A stretch of DNA of 28,174 bases, taken from NCBI GenBank assembly GCA_963788655.1, contig CAWBHS010000040.1:1-28174 (forward strand), given 5' to 3'. Both the position numbers and the translations under genes were made by a program. How positions within the stretch are numbered: position 1 is the first letter of the stretch; every line of letters starts with the position of its first letter. The notes under the pieces were generated by a model that saw only the letters and a program-made list of their open reading frames with translations, had not been told where the DNA came from and made no database searches. Source of the DNA: an uncultured Verrucomicrobiae bacterium. Lineage in GTDB: Bacteria > Verrucomicrobiota > Verrucomicrobiia > Limisphaerales > JAFGQR01. Shown here piece by piece: positions 9,271 to 20,418 of this stretch.

Positions 9271-10299
9271 TCACGGCTTCCACTCTTCGACCACCTGCTT
9301 GACGCGTTCCACGAACTTCAACTCCTCCGGATCCAATTGATCCATCAACCGCCGTTCGCGCAAATCAAACGATCGCCGCGGCCGCTCATCGGCGACGCCG
9401 CGCTGACTGCCATTGTGAAAGCACCAACCGGCAGCCCCGCCCCGCATCGCTCCCCGCAGGTCGGTCACAAAATCATCCGCCGTCGGCTGCCAGCGCGTGT
9501 ATCCGCGGCGGAATGGCTCCTGGTATTGAACCGGGACCTCATGGCCGGCTTCGCGGGCAAGTTTCAACATTCTGCGTGTTTGGAACCCGGTCTCTGCCGG
9601 TGACTTCGCGTTGCGCGGTCGATGGGGCGCGAGAAAATCCGCGCCGGCTTTCAAAATGGCGTCACGAACATCGTCGCCGCTCAAATCGTGTCCTCCAAAA
9701 GATGCCGTCGTCAAACGGTCGGGATCCAAATCACGAACGCGCGAGCGTAGCCGCTTTAATTCCTGGACGCTGACGAAACGCGCATCTCGAACATCGCGTT
9801 CGTTGCCCAGATCGAGATACCAGTTACGATGAGATTTGAGGGCATTGATGATCGTTTCAACCGCCGCCAGATGGGCGGTAAAATCCGGCATCTCCGTTCC
9901 TCGCGACAAGGTAACGTCCACGACCATGCCGCGCCGGTCACACTCGGCGATCAGCCATTCTAGCCGATCCAAATATGGCTGCCGTGCTTTCCCCTTCGTA
10001 TCGATCGCGGAAATGTTGTGATCAAAGGCGCTCCACGTCGCCCAGACTCTCAGCCAGTTGAAACCGCGCGCCTGTAGATCGTCGAGATCCTGCCGGATGA
10101 AATCCTGTGAGGCGCCCAACGCCGCGTAGTAACTGAATCCCAACAAAAATGCGGGGCGATCGTTCAACGTAAAGTGCGTCCCCCGGATGCCGAGAGTGGT
10201 TTTCGCGGAGCCCTTTACTGAAGGCGCCGCCGCCAAATCTACCGCCGCGACGACCGGCAACAATGCGACAAGAATCTTGCTGAGGCAGTTTTGAGGCAT
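9271..10299 (-). CDS. secreted clan GH-A-like (GH5-like) TIM-barrel glycoside hydrolase/hypothetical protein
   Basis: Signal peptide. FTLNDRPAFLLG, DLDDLQARGFNWLRVW, LGNE (candidate acid/base) and PVQYQEP (candidate nucleophile). Confidence 0.6.
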   Translation of the reverse strand: MPQNCLSKILVALLPVVAAVDLAAAPSVKGSAKTTLGIRGTHFTLNDRPAFLLGFSYYAALGASQDFIRQDLDDLQARGFNWLRVWATWSAFDHNISAIDTKGKARQPYLDRLEWLIAECDRRGMVVDVTLSRGTEMPDFTAHLAAVETIINALKSHRNWYLDLGNERDVRDARFVSVQELKRLRSRVRDLDPDRLTTASFGGHDLSGDDVRDAILKAGADFLAPHRPRNAKSPAETGFQTRRMLKLAREAGHEVPVQYQEPFRRGYTRWQPTADDFVTDLRGAMRGGAAGWCFHNGSQRGVADERPRRSFDLRERRLMDQLDPEELKFVERVKQVVEEWKP

Positions 10300-10390
10300 G
10301 GATTTGCGACGCAGGTTGACGGGCGATCATTCAAAACACCAACCCGCGATCAGTCTTCAAATCGACATCAAACAATGGAACAATCGCAGG

Positions 10391-13300
10391 CTACTCGACC
10401 AGGAACGTCACGTCGCCGGAGGAAACCTTGAACTTGTCCGGCAGTTCCTTGGGATGGAGTTTCACGAGCAGATCATAAGTTCCGGCCGGCAGATCGACGG
10501 ATACTTTATCCGCGGCCTTCACCGGTTTTCCGTTGATCCAAACCTGCGCGCCGTCGACGCCTTGTAGTGACAGGTTCACCGGACCCGATTTGCTGGAGCG
10601 GAATTTTGCGTGCGCCCAGAGGGCCACCATCGAATTGGCGTTGTTAAGGTTGTCAGTCCTCAAAGCCTGCTTCATTGCCGACTGCGGCAATTCGCCGTCG
10701 ACCAGCGTGGGTGCGGCACTCCAATCCTTTTCCTCGAGGAGCCCGGCCACCGAACCGGAACTCTCGAACTGCTCGTCGCGATGCGTGCCCCGGCGGAGTT
10801 GCCAGAGACGGGCCACGTCACCGTGCGCCGCATCAAACCGTCCCGGCTTGCCGAGTTCCGAAAGGAAGCGCACCAGGTTCAAACGATCCTGTTCAGGCAG
10901 TTGATCGATCAGTCCCGCGGGCATGAGTGAAGCCCCGGTCGACTGACGGGCGATGTTGTTCTTCGCCACCGCAACTTCCTGGTTGGCGGCATTGCGAATG
11001 AATATCTGCGAATCACTTTGCCGGACCATGATGCCACTGAACTCCTGTTCGTCCTTGGTCTCAATCACAACGGAATGATAGCCCTCCTTGACCTTGCGGT
11101 TCGGATAAACAATCGATTCAACCAGATAGTCCGCCGGCGAACTGGCACCAATCGAAGTCAGGTCGGGCCCCACCTTTCCACCCACGCCACCAATCGAGTG
11201 GCAGGAGGTGCAACCCAGTTCTGTTCGCCGATAAACGAGCTCGCCCCGGTCCGGATTACCTTGCGCGACAGCCTTGTCAGCGAGCGCCTTGATCTGGGCA
11301 TCGGTCAATTCTCCGACCGGACCGGCGGTGCTCGATGCCAGCGTCAGAGCTTCGAGCAGGTCGGGTTCGGTCCGGCCGCCTTCACGCACGGCCCGCAATC
11401 CTGCCGCGGCGGCAATCGACGACAGTTTGTTCCTTGCGGCAGCGCCGGCCAGAACCTTGCCCGCTCCACGATTGGCCAGCAATGAACGCCAGAAATTCAG
11501 CGCCGCGGTTTCGTCAGTAAACTGGTTCAAGACGTTCATCGCGATGGCGGCCGCCCTGGCCATGTCCAGGCCAGCCAGCGCGCTCACCGCACCCAACCGC
11601 ACGGCCGACGGCTGATTTTCGGCGCACAACGGCAGGAGCGCCTGCACGGATTTGCCCCCCCCAATTTCCCGCAATGTCTCGAAGGCGATCTGGCGTTCGG
11701 ACTCAGAAGTCTTCGCGTCACCCGCTCGTTGCGCAACGACCGCAAACGCGTTGCCGATTTCCTTCCAGGCTCCCGCCAGTCGGAGAGCCGCGCTGCGCAC
11801 CTCGGTCGAGTCGGAATTCAGGAAGTGTTCAATCCGGCTCAGATCGCCGGCAGGCTTCAGGTTCCGATGGCGGGCGGCATCGTTCAACGCGTTCAATGCC
11901 CGGGCCAGTGCCCCGGATTGGAAATCTCCAGTCACCGCCTGATCGTAGAGTTGTTGCAAGTCGGCCTGGCTGCCCGCGACGCCGATGATCTCGATCCACG
12001 GGCCATCCCCGGTGGACGAAAGCTTCGCCGGCAACAGCTTCGCCAGCACGCGGGCCGCCTTTTCAGGCGGGATGGATTTCAAGCCGTAGGCCAGTTGTTT
12101 TTCGCGACCGTCCGGCATCCATTGGCCATCTTCAATCGCGGCGATCCACGCATCCGAAACGTCGTTGATGCTGAGCCAGGCCGCGTATTCGACGAAGCGG
12201 TCCATTGGCCGATCCGTCGTCGCGAGGATCAAGGACGCCGTCTCCGCGGAAGGCTGGCGGGCGAGTCCGCGCAGGGCTTCAACGCGCACGCGGGCGTTCT
12301 CATCCCGGGACCGTTCGGCCAGCAAATCGACACTTCCCTTCAACCAAGGTCCCCACTGGCTGAGCACCCGGGTTGCCGCCGCCCGAACCCGGAAATCCTT
12401 TGCTCCAAGCAATTCCTTGAGCAGCGGAGGGTTGATCCGGTCGATCGATTGATAAATCCAAAGCGCCCGCAAACGCTCGATTTCCGTCTTCTGGCTGGGC
12501 AACCATTTGGGCAGCGCCTTGGCCATTTCCTCGGGTCGTTCCGAAAGCACTCGCAGAACGATCTTGCGAATTTCGGCATTGGGCGAATTCACCTTCTCGA
12601 GCAACTGCCACGTGGGCATGAATTGGTAGTTCAGAGAAATGTCAACCGGACCTCCTTTGTGCGTGACACGCCAGATGCGGCCACTGGTCTTGTCACGGCG
12701 CTTGTCCCGGAAATCGACTTCGCCATGCTGGATGATCGGGTTGGACCAGTCCGCGATGTAGAGCGCGCCGTCGGGACCGATCTTGACGTCGATCGGCCGG
12801 AAGGTCACGTCGGTGGATCGGATCAAGTCGGGCATTTCGCGGGTCACGTAACCTGCTCCATCCTCCTCCAGCTTGAAGCGCACAACCCGATGCGCGCGGA
12901 AGTCGCACGTGATCAAATCGCCCTGCCAGTCCTCCGGAAAATTGGGCGTGTAGATCGCCTCCAGGCCGGCGAATTTGGGATAGGCTCCCGGACTGACGCT
13001 TTCGAGAATGCGCGGGGCATCGGCATAAGTAAAATACATCGCGCCCGGCACACCCCAGCTGATTCCTTCAAAACCCGCACCGTCCGTCACGAAAGATTGC
13101 CCGTATTCGTCAAAAATGTGGCCCCAAGGATTGCAGAATCCGCGCAGATAAATCTCCAGTTCATCGGTGCCCGGTCGATAGGCCCAGATGCCACCGCTGT
13201 TCAGGCGCCGCACGCCGGTCGGCGTCTCGATGTGGCTGTGGATGTAGATCGACTGGTCCATGTAGATGCGGCCGTCGTTGCCCCAATGAAGCGCGTGCAG

Positions 13301-15055
13301 GAGATGATGGGTGTCCTCCGTGCCGAAAGCCGAAAGCACCGGGGTCCGGGAATCCGCGACGCCGTCACGATTGGTGTCCTTGAAAAACAACAACTCCGTG
13401 CCCTGGGCCACATAAACGCCCCCGTTGCCCGGAAGCACGCCCGTGGGAATTTGCAAATGATCAGCAAAGACCTGGGAAATGTCGGCCACGTGATCCCCAT
13501 CAATGTCACTCAGTACCATGACAGAGTCTCGCATGCTTTTTTCGGGGCTGAGCAGAGGATAGGACTGGGATGTGGCCACATAAAGTTTGCCGGAAGTGTC
13601 CCAAGCCATCTGGATCGGCTTCTTGATCAGGTCGCTGTCGGCGTACAGCTGCACTTCGAAACCATCAGCGACCTCAAACGGCACCTTGACGTCATCGTAT
13701 TTCTGTTTGCGGGTCTTGGTGGGAACATCACTGATGCCAATCATCCGGTCCGGGTATTCCCTTTGCACGTATTTCACTCCCGGTTGGTTCTGCACCAACG
13801 CGTATCGGTGAGCGGACGGCTTCTTCAACTGGTTGATCTGTTCGTCCAGCCGCGCCACTGCTTCGTCGAACTCGGGAACCTCACTCGCGTACTTGCCCTG
13901 CTCGTGCTTGCGGAAGCCAAACAGGTAGGTCGCGTTTTCCGGATGCCATCGATTGATATACAGGGTGTTCTTTTCGACGATCAATTGGCGCAGCTTCTCC
14001 GCCTGTTCAAACGCCGGCCCGCGGCACACCGAGAGGCTTTGCGCCCAATCCTTGGCGGTCCCCGACTGCACCACTTTGCCGTCGACCGACAACGAGTAAC
14101 TTTCGATGTCGTCCAGCTGGGGAAATTGCACGCGCGTTCGCTCCGGCCCCACGACGACAACCGCACCGACCGAGTTCGTGAAAGTCACGATGGCCGGCGG
14201 CAACCGATCGCGCTCAACGGTGAACTGGGAACTGATTGCGGTGCGCTCAATATTGGTCACACTGGCGCCGGCACTGCCGGAACGCAGAGTGCCATCGGGC
14301 ATGATGCTGAACCACGCGGCATTGCCGGGCCATCCGAGGTCGGCAGCAATTTTTGAGGCCATCAACAAATAGCCGGCCGGCGACAGATGGATGCCGTTCA
14401 CCGTTTCCGCAAATCCACGGTCGGGTGGCACGGTCTCGGTGGAAGGGTTGAAAAGGTCGACCACGCGCAGATCCCGGGACTTGCCAATGTCCTTGATGGC
14501 ATCCGCGTACAATTTCAAACTCTTGTTGTGCTCGTCACCGGAAGGGAAGGCACCGCCGAGATTTTGATGCGCCACGGGCGTCAGCAAAACAAAACGGACT
14601 TCGTGGCCGGCATTGGCCTTGATGGCATCCAGCAGCCGCTCGTAATCGCGCTTGAAACCGGCCACTCCGGACGGTCCGTCGAACGATGCCGCCATGCCAT
14701 AGCCAACGAACACGACGGTCGGATTCGCAATGGCGACCTGGTTGGTCAATTTGCCGAACCACACATCCGGCGACTTGTTCCAATCAAAACTGGCGCGCGA
14801 TTTGCCGTTCGGCAGGTCGGCGCCCCAGCCGAGATTGCGAAAGGCAATCTTTCGATCCGGGTATTGCACCGTCATGTAGGTCTCGACATATCCCAGACCG
14901 CGCTCGCGTTCCATGAGCGTATCGCCCAGGAACACCACCCGATCCCCGTCCAATAATTCGAAGGGCTTCGGAGGTTCGGGGGCAGCGGCAGGGGCGGCGG
15001 CGGCGGAATGTAAAACCAAAGGCAGTGCCAGCAATAGAGACGTCAGGCGTTTCAT
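10391..15055 (-). CDS. PVC-type heme-binding CxxCH protein (SGNH/GDSL domain, membrane-bound-dehydrogenase-type propeller, HEAT repeats, cytochrome c)
   Basis: 1554 aa. VVFLGDT...NGIHL SGNH domain; FRPIDVKIGPDGALYIADW; HEAT-like helices; CTSCH followed by VGPDLT and SLMPAGL. Confidence 0.9.
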   Translation of the reverse strand: MKRLTSLLLALPLVLHSAAAAPAAAPEPPKPFELLDGDRVVFLGDTLMERERGLGYVETYMTVQYPDRKIAFRNLGWGADLPNGKSRASFDWNKSPDVWFGKLTNQVAIANPTVVFVGYGMAASFDGPSGVAGFKRDYERLLDAIKANAGHEVRFVLLTPVAHQNLGGAFPSGDEHNKSLKLYADAIKDIGKSRDLRVVDLFNPSTETVPPDRGFAETVNGIHLSPAGYLLMASKIAADLGWPGNAAWFSIMPDGTLRSGSAGASVTNIERTAISSQFTVERDRLPPAIVTFTNSVGAVVVVGPERTRVQFPQLDDIESYSLSVDGKVVQSGTAKDWAQSLSVCRGPAFEQAEKLRQLIVEKNTLYINRWHPENATYLFGFRKHEQGKYASEVPEFDEAVARLDEQINQLKKPSAHRYALVQNQPGVKYVQREYPDRMIGISDVPTKTRKQKYDDVKVPFEVADGFEVQLYADSDLIKKPIQMAWDTSGKLYVATSQSYPLLSPEKSMRDSVMVLSDIDGDHVADISQVFADHLQIPTGVLPGNGGVYVAQGTELLFFKDTNRDGVADSRTPVLSAFGTEDTHHLLHALHWGNDGRIYMDQSIYIHSHIETPTGVRRLNSGGIWAYRPGTDELEIYLRGFCNPWGHIFDEYGQSFVTDGAGFEGISWGVPGAMYFTYADAPRILESVSPGAYPKFAGLEAIYTPNFPEDWQGDLITCDFRAHRVVRFKLEEDGAGYVTREMPDLIRSTDVTFRPIDVKIGPDGALYIADWSNPIIQHGEVDFRDKRRDKTSGRIWRVTHKGGPVDISLNYQFMPTWQLLEKVNSPNAEIRKIVLRVLSERPEEMAKALPKWLPSQKTEIERLRALWIYQSIDRINPPLLKELLGAKDFRVRAAATRVLSQWGPWLKGSVDLLAERSRDENARVRVEALRGLARQPSAETASLILATTDRPMDRFVEYAAWLSINDVSDAWIAAIEDGQWMPDGREKQLAYGLKSIPPEKAARVLAKLLPAKLSSTGDGPWIEIIGVAGSQADLQQLYDQAVTGDFQSGALARALNALNDAARHRNLKPAGDLSRIEHFLNSDSTEVRSAALRLAGAWKEIGNAFAVVAQRAGDAKTSESERQIAFETLREIGGGKSVQALLPLCAENQPSAVRLGAVSALAGLDMARAAAIAMNVLNQFTDETAALNFWRSLLANRGAGKVLAGAAARNKLSSIAAAAGLRAVREGGRTEPDLLEALTLASSTAGPVGELTDAQIKALADKAVAQGNPDRGELVYRRTELGCTSCHSIGGVGGKVGPDLTSIGASSPADYLVESIVYPNRKVKEGYHSVVIETKDEQEFSGIMVRQSDSQIFIRNAANQEVAVAKNNIARQSTGASLMPAGLIDQLPEQDRLNLVRFLSELGKPGRFDAAHGDVARLWQLRRGTHRDEQFESSGSVAGLLEEKDWSAAPTLVDGELPQSAMKQALRTDNLNNANSMVALWAHAKFRSSKSGPVNLSLQGVDGAQVWINGKPVKAADKVSVDLPAGTYDLLVKLHPKELPDKFKVSSGDVTFLVE

Positions 15056-15076
15056 AATTACGAAATGAATGGCCGT

Positions 15077-15104
15077 AAGATAGGCAAGGGGGACAAACGC
15101 GCAA
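15077..15104 (-). promoter_or_regulatory. possible sigma70-like promoter for the CxxCH gene
   Basis: Minus strand TTGCGC-N16-TATCTT ending 21 nt before ATG 15055. Confidence 0.35.
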
Positions 15105-15116
15105 GCCCAAGCCTGC

Positions 15117-15159
15117 CCGCCGTTTGATTTTGACTCGAGCTCGTCGGCTCAAACGGCGG
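15117..15159. terminator. hairpin downstream of the spermidine synthase-like gene
   Basis: 11-bp perfect inverted repeat CCGCCGTTTGA/TCAAACGGCGG. No clear U-tract. Confidence 0.35.
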
Positions 15160-15173
15160 CCAAGGTGCCCATT

Positions 15174-16750
15174 TCACAGGTCAAACATGAATCTCGCCAG
15201 GTCCCGGCGAAAGCGCTCCCGATTGGCCGCATCGCGAAAATCGACCGGGTTGTAATCGTCGGTCAACACGATACCGCTGGATGCGGCGGGACGCATGATG
15301 CCGGACAAGGCCGCCCGCATGTCGTCTTGAATTGCGGGAAAAGCCGCGGCCACGTCGGGCTGGCGATGCATCGTCAGAGGCTCCTGGTCACTCGCACGTA
15401 AAATACATTTCCGTTGCCCGACGCGTGGATGATGACACTGCGAAACACCGCCTTCAAGGTCTTGTCCAGCGAGGCCGCCATGAAGTCGCGACCAGCGTCA
15501 AAACGACCAAACGAATTGATCACCAACACGCCGTCCGGCTTCAAAACACGATGCATATCCGCAAAGGCTTCGCGGGTCATAAGGTGCGACGGAGAAGAGT
15601 CGCCCAGGAACGCGTCCAGAACGAGCGCGTCATAAGTGGCATCCGGAAACGTGTGCAAATACTGACGGCCGTCGCCAATCTTCAAATTGATCGCGCTCAA
15701 ATCAAAATCGAACCAATGCCGGGCGATGGGCACGATCGCGGGGTTGATCTCCACGACGTCCACCTGCCGGCCGTCCCGCGCAAACTGACCGGGCACGATG
15801 CCGACACCCATTCCGATGCAGAGCACGCGCTCAATCTTCGGTGCATAGGCCACCGCCAGATCGTGCAGCATGTACGTGAACAACGAGGCACTTTGATGGG
15901 TTTTGGGGTCGTAGGTATTCTGCAGAAGCAGGTCGTTGAGATAATAACGAAGATTCCCGCCGTCGCGATCGAGCACTTGCAACAGGCCAAATTCCGAATT
16001 GGAACGTGCCACCTCACGAAAACCCGGCAGCGAGACCCCCTCGCTGGAGCGCCCGCTCATGCACATGAGCCCCACGACCAGGATGCCCGGCACCGCCGTC
16101 GCCAGTTTCCGGCCACGATGCCAAAACAAAAAATAAGCGATGGCCAGCATCGCCACACACGCGGCGGTGAGGAACATCGTCACGGAATTCGGCAAAAGCG
16201 GAATCAGCACATACGAAATCAGCAAGGCGCCGCCGACACTGCCAAATGTGCTGATCGCGGTCACACGTCCCACCAGGGCGCCCGCGTCGTGCGTTGAACG
16301 AATCATCGCCCGCACCAAGAAAGGCCCCGTGACCGCCAGCAGTGTCAAAGGCACGAAGAACAAAAAGACGGCGGCGAGAATCGAACCGGTCGCCAGGCGC
16401 GACACGCTCAACGCGGCGAAGGAAACCGGTTTGACCAGGGGCACCGTTGCCGCCAGATAAACGGCCGCCACGAGCATGCACCAACAGAGTCGATGGAGCC
16501 CCGCCGAGCGATCGGCCAACCGCCCCCCAAACCAGTAGCCCACCGCCAGTGAAACCAGCGTAATTGCGATTTGTGCGGTCCAGACGAACTGCGACGTCCC
16601 GAAATACGGCGACAACATCTTGGCGCCGAGAATTTCAACGATCAGAACGGCGGCCCCGTTGATCGCCGCGATCAGGTAAAGGAACCCTCGCGGAAACGAG
16701 GCGGTTTGAGCGTCTGGACTTTTGCCGACGGCAGGAGCGGGCTTGGACAC
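15174..16750 (-). CDS. fused membrane domain / spermidine synthase-like SAM-dependent transferase, one apparent frameshift near 15395
   Basis: About 7 TM helices (VEILGAKMLSPYFGTS), VLCIGMGVG, VVEINP, GDGR, YDALVLDAF. C-terminal VLTDDYNPVD is in ORF 15174..15371; one added G restores YVASDQEPL. Confidence 0.9.
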
Positions 16751-16833
16751 GCCGAACGATTATCGGCTGACCCAACTCCGCGCAAGCCACAGTTCATCAG
16801 CGGGGAGGAATCACAAGTGGCGGTCAACCCGTG

Positions 16834-17127
16834 AGGTGGGGCGCGATCGTCAGGGCGCGCCGGTTCGACGGACCGTCCGCTCACCGTAATCGTTCCACAC
16901 GGTGCGCGCCAAGAGCCGGTTTGAAAACTCCTCGAATGATGGTAGCAGCCGAGGTAACGAGGCTCAAATATACCTGTTTTCCGGGCCGCTCTGTGAACGG
17001 AGTTGGAGCCTCCTTACGTCGGCTGCTACTTTTCAAACAGGCTCTAAGCGCGGCGGGCGTACAGCTTTTGACCGGCCGTCTGCTCTGAACCCACTCCCAG
17101 GCGCGACGGGAGGATCGCGCCCCACCT
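16834..17127. repeat. outer inverted REP-like pair
   Basis: 16834-16861 AGGTGGGGCGCGATCGTCAGGGCGCGCC versus reverse complement of 17100-17127, 24/28 match. Confidence 0.65.
16912..17045. mobile_element. MITE-like element carrying a GTAG-type REP doublet
   Basis: Terminal IRs AGAGCCGGTTTGAAAA / TTTTCAAACAGGCTCT (15/16). Inner IR 16942-16965 GTAGCAGCCGAGGTAACGAGGCTC with 17006-17029 (22/24). Confidence 0.65.
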
Positions 17128-17159
17128 TTTCCCGGCGGAACGGACGAAACTAAACTCAA

Positions 17160-18495
17160 TCAGAAATTGAACTCCACTTGCGCCCAAACTCTTTGCGCAT
17201 CGAATGCGTACGGAGCGTCTTCCCCGTCGTAGTACGCGTATTTCACGAGTGCCGTCCAATTCTTGAAAAACCTCTTCGAAGCCACCACGTCGAATTCCTG
17301 GCCGTAGTCCATGCTCACCTTGTCCGAGTCGAATTTGTGATACACGAACTGCAGCGGAACATCGCCCGGCAGTTTGACCCCAACGGTGCCATAGAGATCG
17401 CGCAAACCCAGAGCGGGCGTGGCGAGAAACACATCCGCCCAGCCATTGAATGCGTGCAATGTGGCCAACGGCGTGCGGAATCCCTGATTGTTATCCGAGC
17501 CGAGCACTTCGTAGCCGACGCCCCCGGTGTAGCGCTTGAACAAGTTGCCCGTCGCATTGATGTGATAGTACGGCGCACTGAAGGAAAGCGGACTGTTACC
17601 GTATTCGTTCTGCCAGGCGAACTCACCGCGATAGTTGATTTTGACGTCGTCTGAAATTGGCGCGGTACCGGTCAGACTGCCGCCGTAGGTCGCAGTGGAA
17701 TTAACCGGTGCGGTGTCGAAATCGAGCAGATACGCATAGCCGGTGATGTTCGCATACGGGCACCCCACCCATTTCGCGTTGATGATGTGTGAATCCGACT
17801 GCCAACGACCTTTGATTGCGGCATTGGCACTCGTCACCGTTTGAAAGTTCTCAGAACCAAACACGCGGTTGATCTGGTACAGATACGCGTACGTAAACGT
17901 CGTGTCCTTGAGGCTTTTGTTTTCGAGCAACACGCCGTCAAACGTCTGTGCGTTCTGGCGCCAGCCGACATCACCCACGAAGCGCACGTTGTCGAGCACG
18001 ATACGTTGGCGAGGGCCTTTGATGGTTGTGTCCCAGTTGGAATAACTGATCCACGCCTGGTTCATCTCGGTCGTCGGCGGATCGGCCACAGTTGTTTTGC
18101 CGTTCGCCGGATTGCCGGGATAAAACGCGTTGTTCTCATCGCCGATGACCGAAATATTCTCGCCTTCGATCATGCCCTGGAATCCGTGGTATTTCCCGGT
18201 CGTATAGCCGAAGCGTGGTACGGATCGTCGGCGCGTGGGAGACGTCGGACGTCGTCGTATCGGCGTATTCATACCGCAAACGAACGTTCAAGTTGAACTT
18301 GCCGTCCTTGATCCAGCCGGGCACATCGTCGCTGAAGAATCTGGCCACGCCTGATTTTTCGGGCTCGGTCATTGGAGCGGCCGTGGCGGGACTGGACTTT
18401 GCGGGTTCCTCGCCATAAACGGCGTTGATTGCTGCCAGCACCAGGGCGCCGGCCACCACCGAAGTGGGGTTGAGTTGGTTGCAGAGGTTTCTCAT
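17160..18495 (-). CDS. alginate-export-family outer membrane beta-barrel (putative anion porin), one apparent frameshift near 18217
   Basis: Signal peptide, LNVRLRYE, RQRIVLDNVRFVGDVGWRQNAQTFD, FRTPLATLHAFNGWAD, terminal Phe. Pieces lie in ORFs 18136..18867 and 17160..18272. Confidence 0.85.
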
Positions 18496-18689
18496 GGTTT
18501 GGTTCCAGGGTTGGGTGGTAAGGCTTCCATCACTGGTCCCAGTCTCGAGCGAGCGGGGAATCAAGTCATTGATCTGGATCAAAACGCTGTGCGTTCTACA
18601 GCACGCCGCAGCGATTGCTTGAATGACCGGCAATTCGATGATCAGGGTCATCTCGCCGGTCCTGCACTGACGCATACCTGCCGGTTCGG

Positions 18690-19224
18690 GAGGAGTCAGT
18701 TCGAGGTCCGCGCGGCAGATGTACGGTCGATAGATTTTCTTCGCGGTTTCGTGGAACCACTTCGTAGTCGTCACCCACGTGTTGCGATCGTGAATGAATC
18801 CGGGCCGCCCCCTCGCGATTGACCAGCTCTCCATTGGCGTCGGTTTCATCCAAGTATTTGCCGGCACGAATCAACGCCTTGGTGATGACCATGGAGGGTT
18901 ATGGATTCGCGTCCGCCGATTCCTTGGTGACACCAAACACTTTCTCCGGATTGTTTTTCCAGATGTCGCAGTTGGTGGCTACGGGCACGCCAATGCCGCG
19001 CACGACCGCCTGTTGATTCCACGATTCACCGACGCAATACCCTTCAATTGTCCTGGCATCGAGCGTGGCGGGCATTGGGGATGGCGGCGTGATCGAAGAC
19101 AAACCGTCGGCATCGGTCGTGCCGGTCGCATTAATCGACCCCGACTTCCGATCAACGTAATCAGCACGAGTACCTCTGATTCGAAGCAGCGATGGGCGCG
19201 TGGGAATGGTGAGGTTTTCATCAT
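18690..19224 (-). pseudogene. nrtA: eroded NrtA/CmpA nitrate ABC substrate-binding protein
   Basis: Fragments [29 protein letters not shown]...[13 protein letters not shown], an in-frame TAA at 18899-18901, [14 protein letters not shown]...HVGDDYEV and [11 protein letters not shown]. Far shorter than a full NrtA. Confidence 0.8.
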
Positions 19225-20312
19225 GAGCAGCAGGCGGTTTCCGGCTCAGTTTCAAGTCGAGTTTCGGGGACGGGTTGGCTTTCAACCAGACGGAGAGCGG
19301 CCTGGTAAATGTCTTCACGAAATACCTTGGCCAAGGTGGCGGGAGAAGCGGCAGGCGTCCGGTCCGGCTGGCCAAGCCGGAGCAAGTTGTTGGTCACCCA
19401 CGCCGCCTTCATCGGGGTCGGAGCGTTGGCGTCGTAGCGGTGAAAGACGTGAAAATCCGAAAGCGCTTCGGCGACGCCCGGACCCAAGTCCAACGAGCCG
19501 GTGAGACTGTCCCGCAACGTTTCAAACGAAACGTTCAAGTAAGCACGCCGCGACAACACGCGGGCAAGCTCCTCCCGGTTTGCCGGCGCATCGCACCAGA
19601 GGCAGGCTTCGTAAATGGCGGCGATCAAACGCACGTGTTCATCGGTATGCTGCTCGGCAAAATCCTTTCGTACCATGAGCACTTTCTCCGCGTGACCCGG
19701 TGCCAGATCGAGGCTGGTCGACGCGACCCAGCCCATGTTCTTGCGCACCGCCACGGTGTTCCATGGTTCGCCCACGCAATAACCATCGAGGTGGCCATTG
19801 CGCAGGTTCTCAAACATCGACGGAGCCGGCACGATCACCACGTTGACGTCCGCTTCCGGATGAATGCCGCCGCGCCGCAGCCATTCGCGCAACAGGTAGT
19901 GATGCGATGAACTGCGAAATACGACGCCAAACGTGAACTGCCGGTCGTGGCGATTCAGCTCGATGATCTGGCGAAGTGAATTTGCGTCGCGAACACCGCG
20001 CTCGCGAAGGGTGTTGGACAGCGTGATCCCGTTCCCGTTGAGGCTCAGCACCAGGCCGCTGAGACAATCGCAGGCGACACAGCTCTGTCCGATGGTCGCG
20101 GCGAAAGGCATGGCCGCGAGCGCATGGGCGGCGTCGAGCTGGCCGAAAATGATTTTGTCACGGATCGTGGCCCAGCCGACCTCACGACTGAGCTGCACTT
20201 GAATCCCATATCGATCGTAGCAACCCAGTTCCCGGGCCATGATTAACGGGGCGGCATCGATCAATGGCACGAAGCCCACTCGCAACGGTTTCATCTGTCG
20301 GATCATTCGCAT
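19221..20312 (-). CDS. CmpA/NrtA-family nitrate-binding protein without signal peptide (NasS-like cytoplasmic sensor)
   Basis: [56 protein letters not shown]. The domain starts right at the N-terminus. Start could be 20312, 20306 or 20294. Confidence 0.85.
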   Translation of the reverse strand: MRMIRQMKPLRVGFVPLIDAAPLIMARELGCYDRYGIQVQLSREVGWATIRDKIIFGQLDAAHALAAMPFAATIGQSCVACDCLSGLVLSLNGNGITLSNTLRERGVRDANSLRQIIELNRHDRQFTFGVVFRSSSHHYLLREWLRRGGIHPEADVNVVIVPAPSMFENLRNGHLDGYCVGEPWNTVAVRKNMGWVASTSLDLAPGHAEKVLMVRKDFAEQHTDEHVRLIAAIYEACLWCDAPANREELARVLSRRAYLNVSFETLRDSLTGSLDLGPGVAEALSDFHVFHRYDANAPTPMKAAWVTNNLLRLGQPDRTPAASPATLAKVFREDIYQAALRLVESQPVPETRLETEPETACCS

Positions 20313-20403
20313 GGATTTATGGTTGGAATTACGCAACGCCGCTCCTTCAGCCGCACCGGTGCCACCGGGCGAGAAACACGCACGCATGATTTGCAGCCGG
20401 GCA

Positions 20404-20418
20404 ATGAATTCCATTCAT
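20404..20418. promoter_or_regulatory. candidate LysR operator (T-N11-A palindrome)
   Basis: ATGAAT-TCC-ATTCAT, about 90 bp upstream of the NasS-like gene. Confidence 0.5.

Noticed and set aside
11729..14356. 875-aa plus-strand ORF
   Set aside because: Antisense shadow of the well-supported CxxCH gene, with no recognisable motifs. Typical of GC-rich codon bias.
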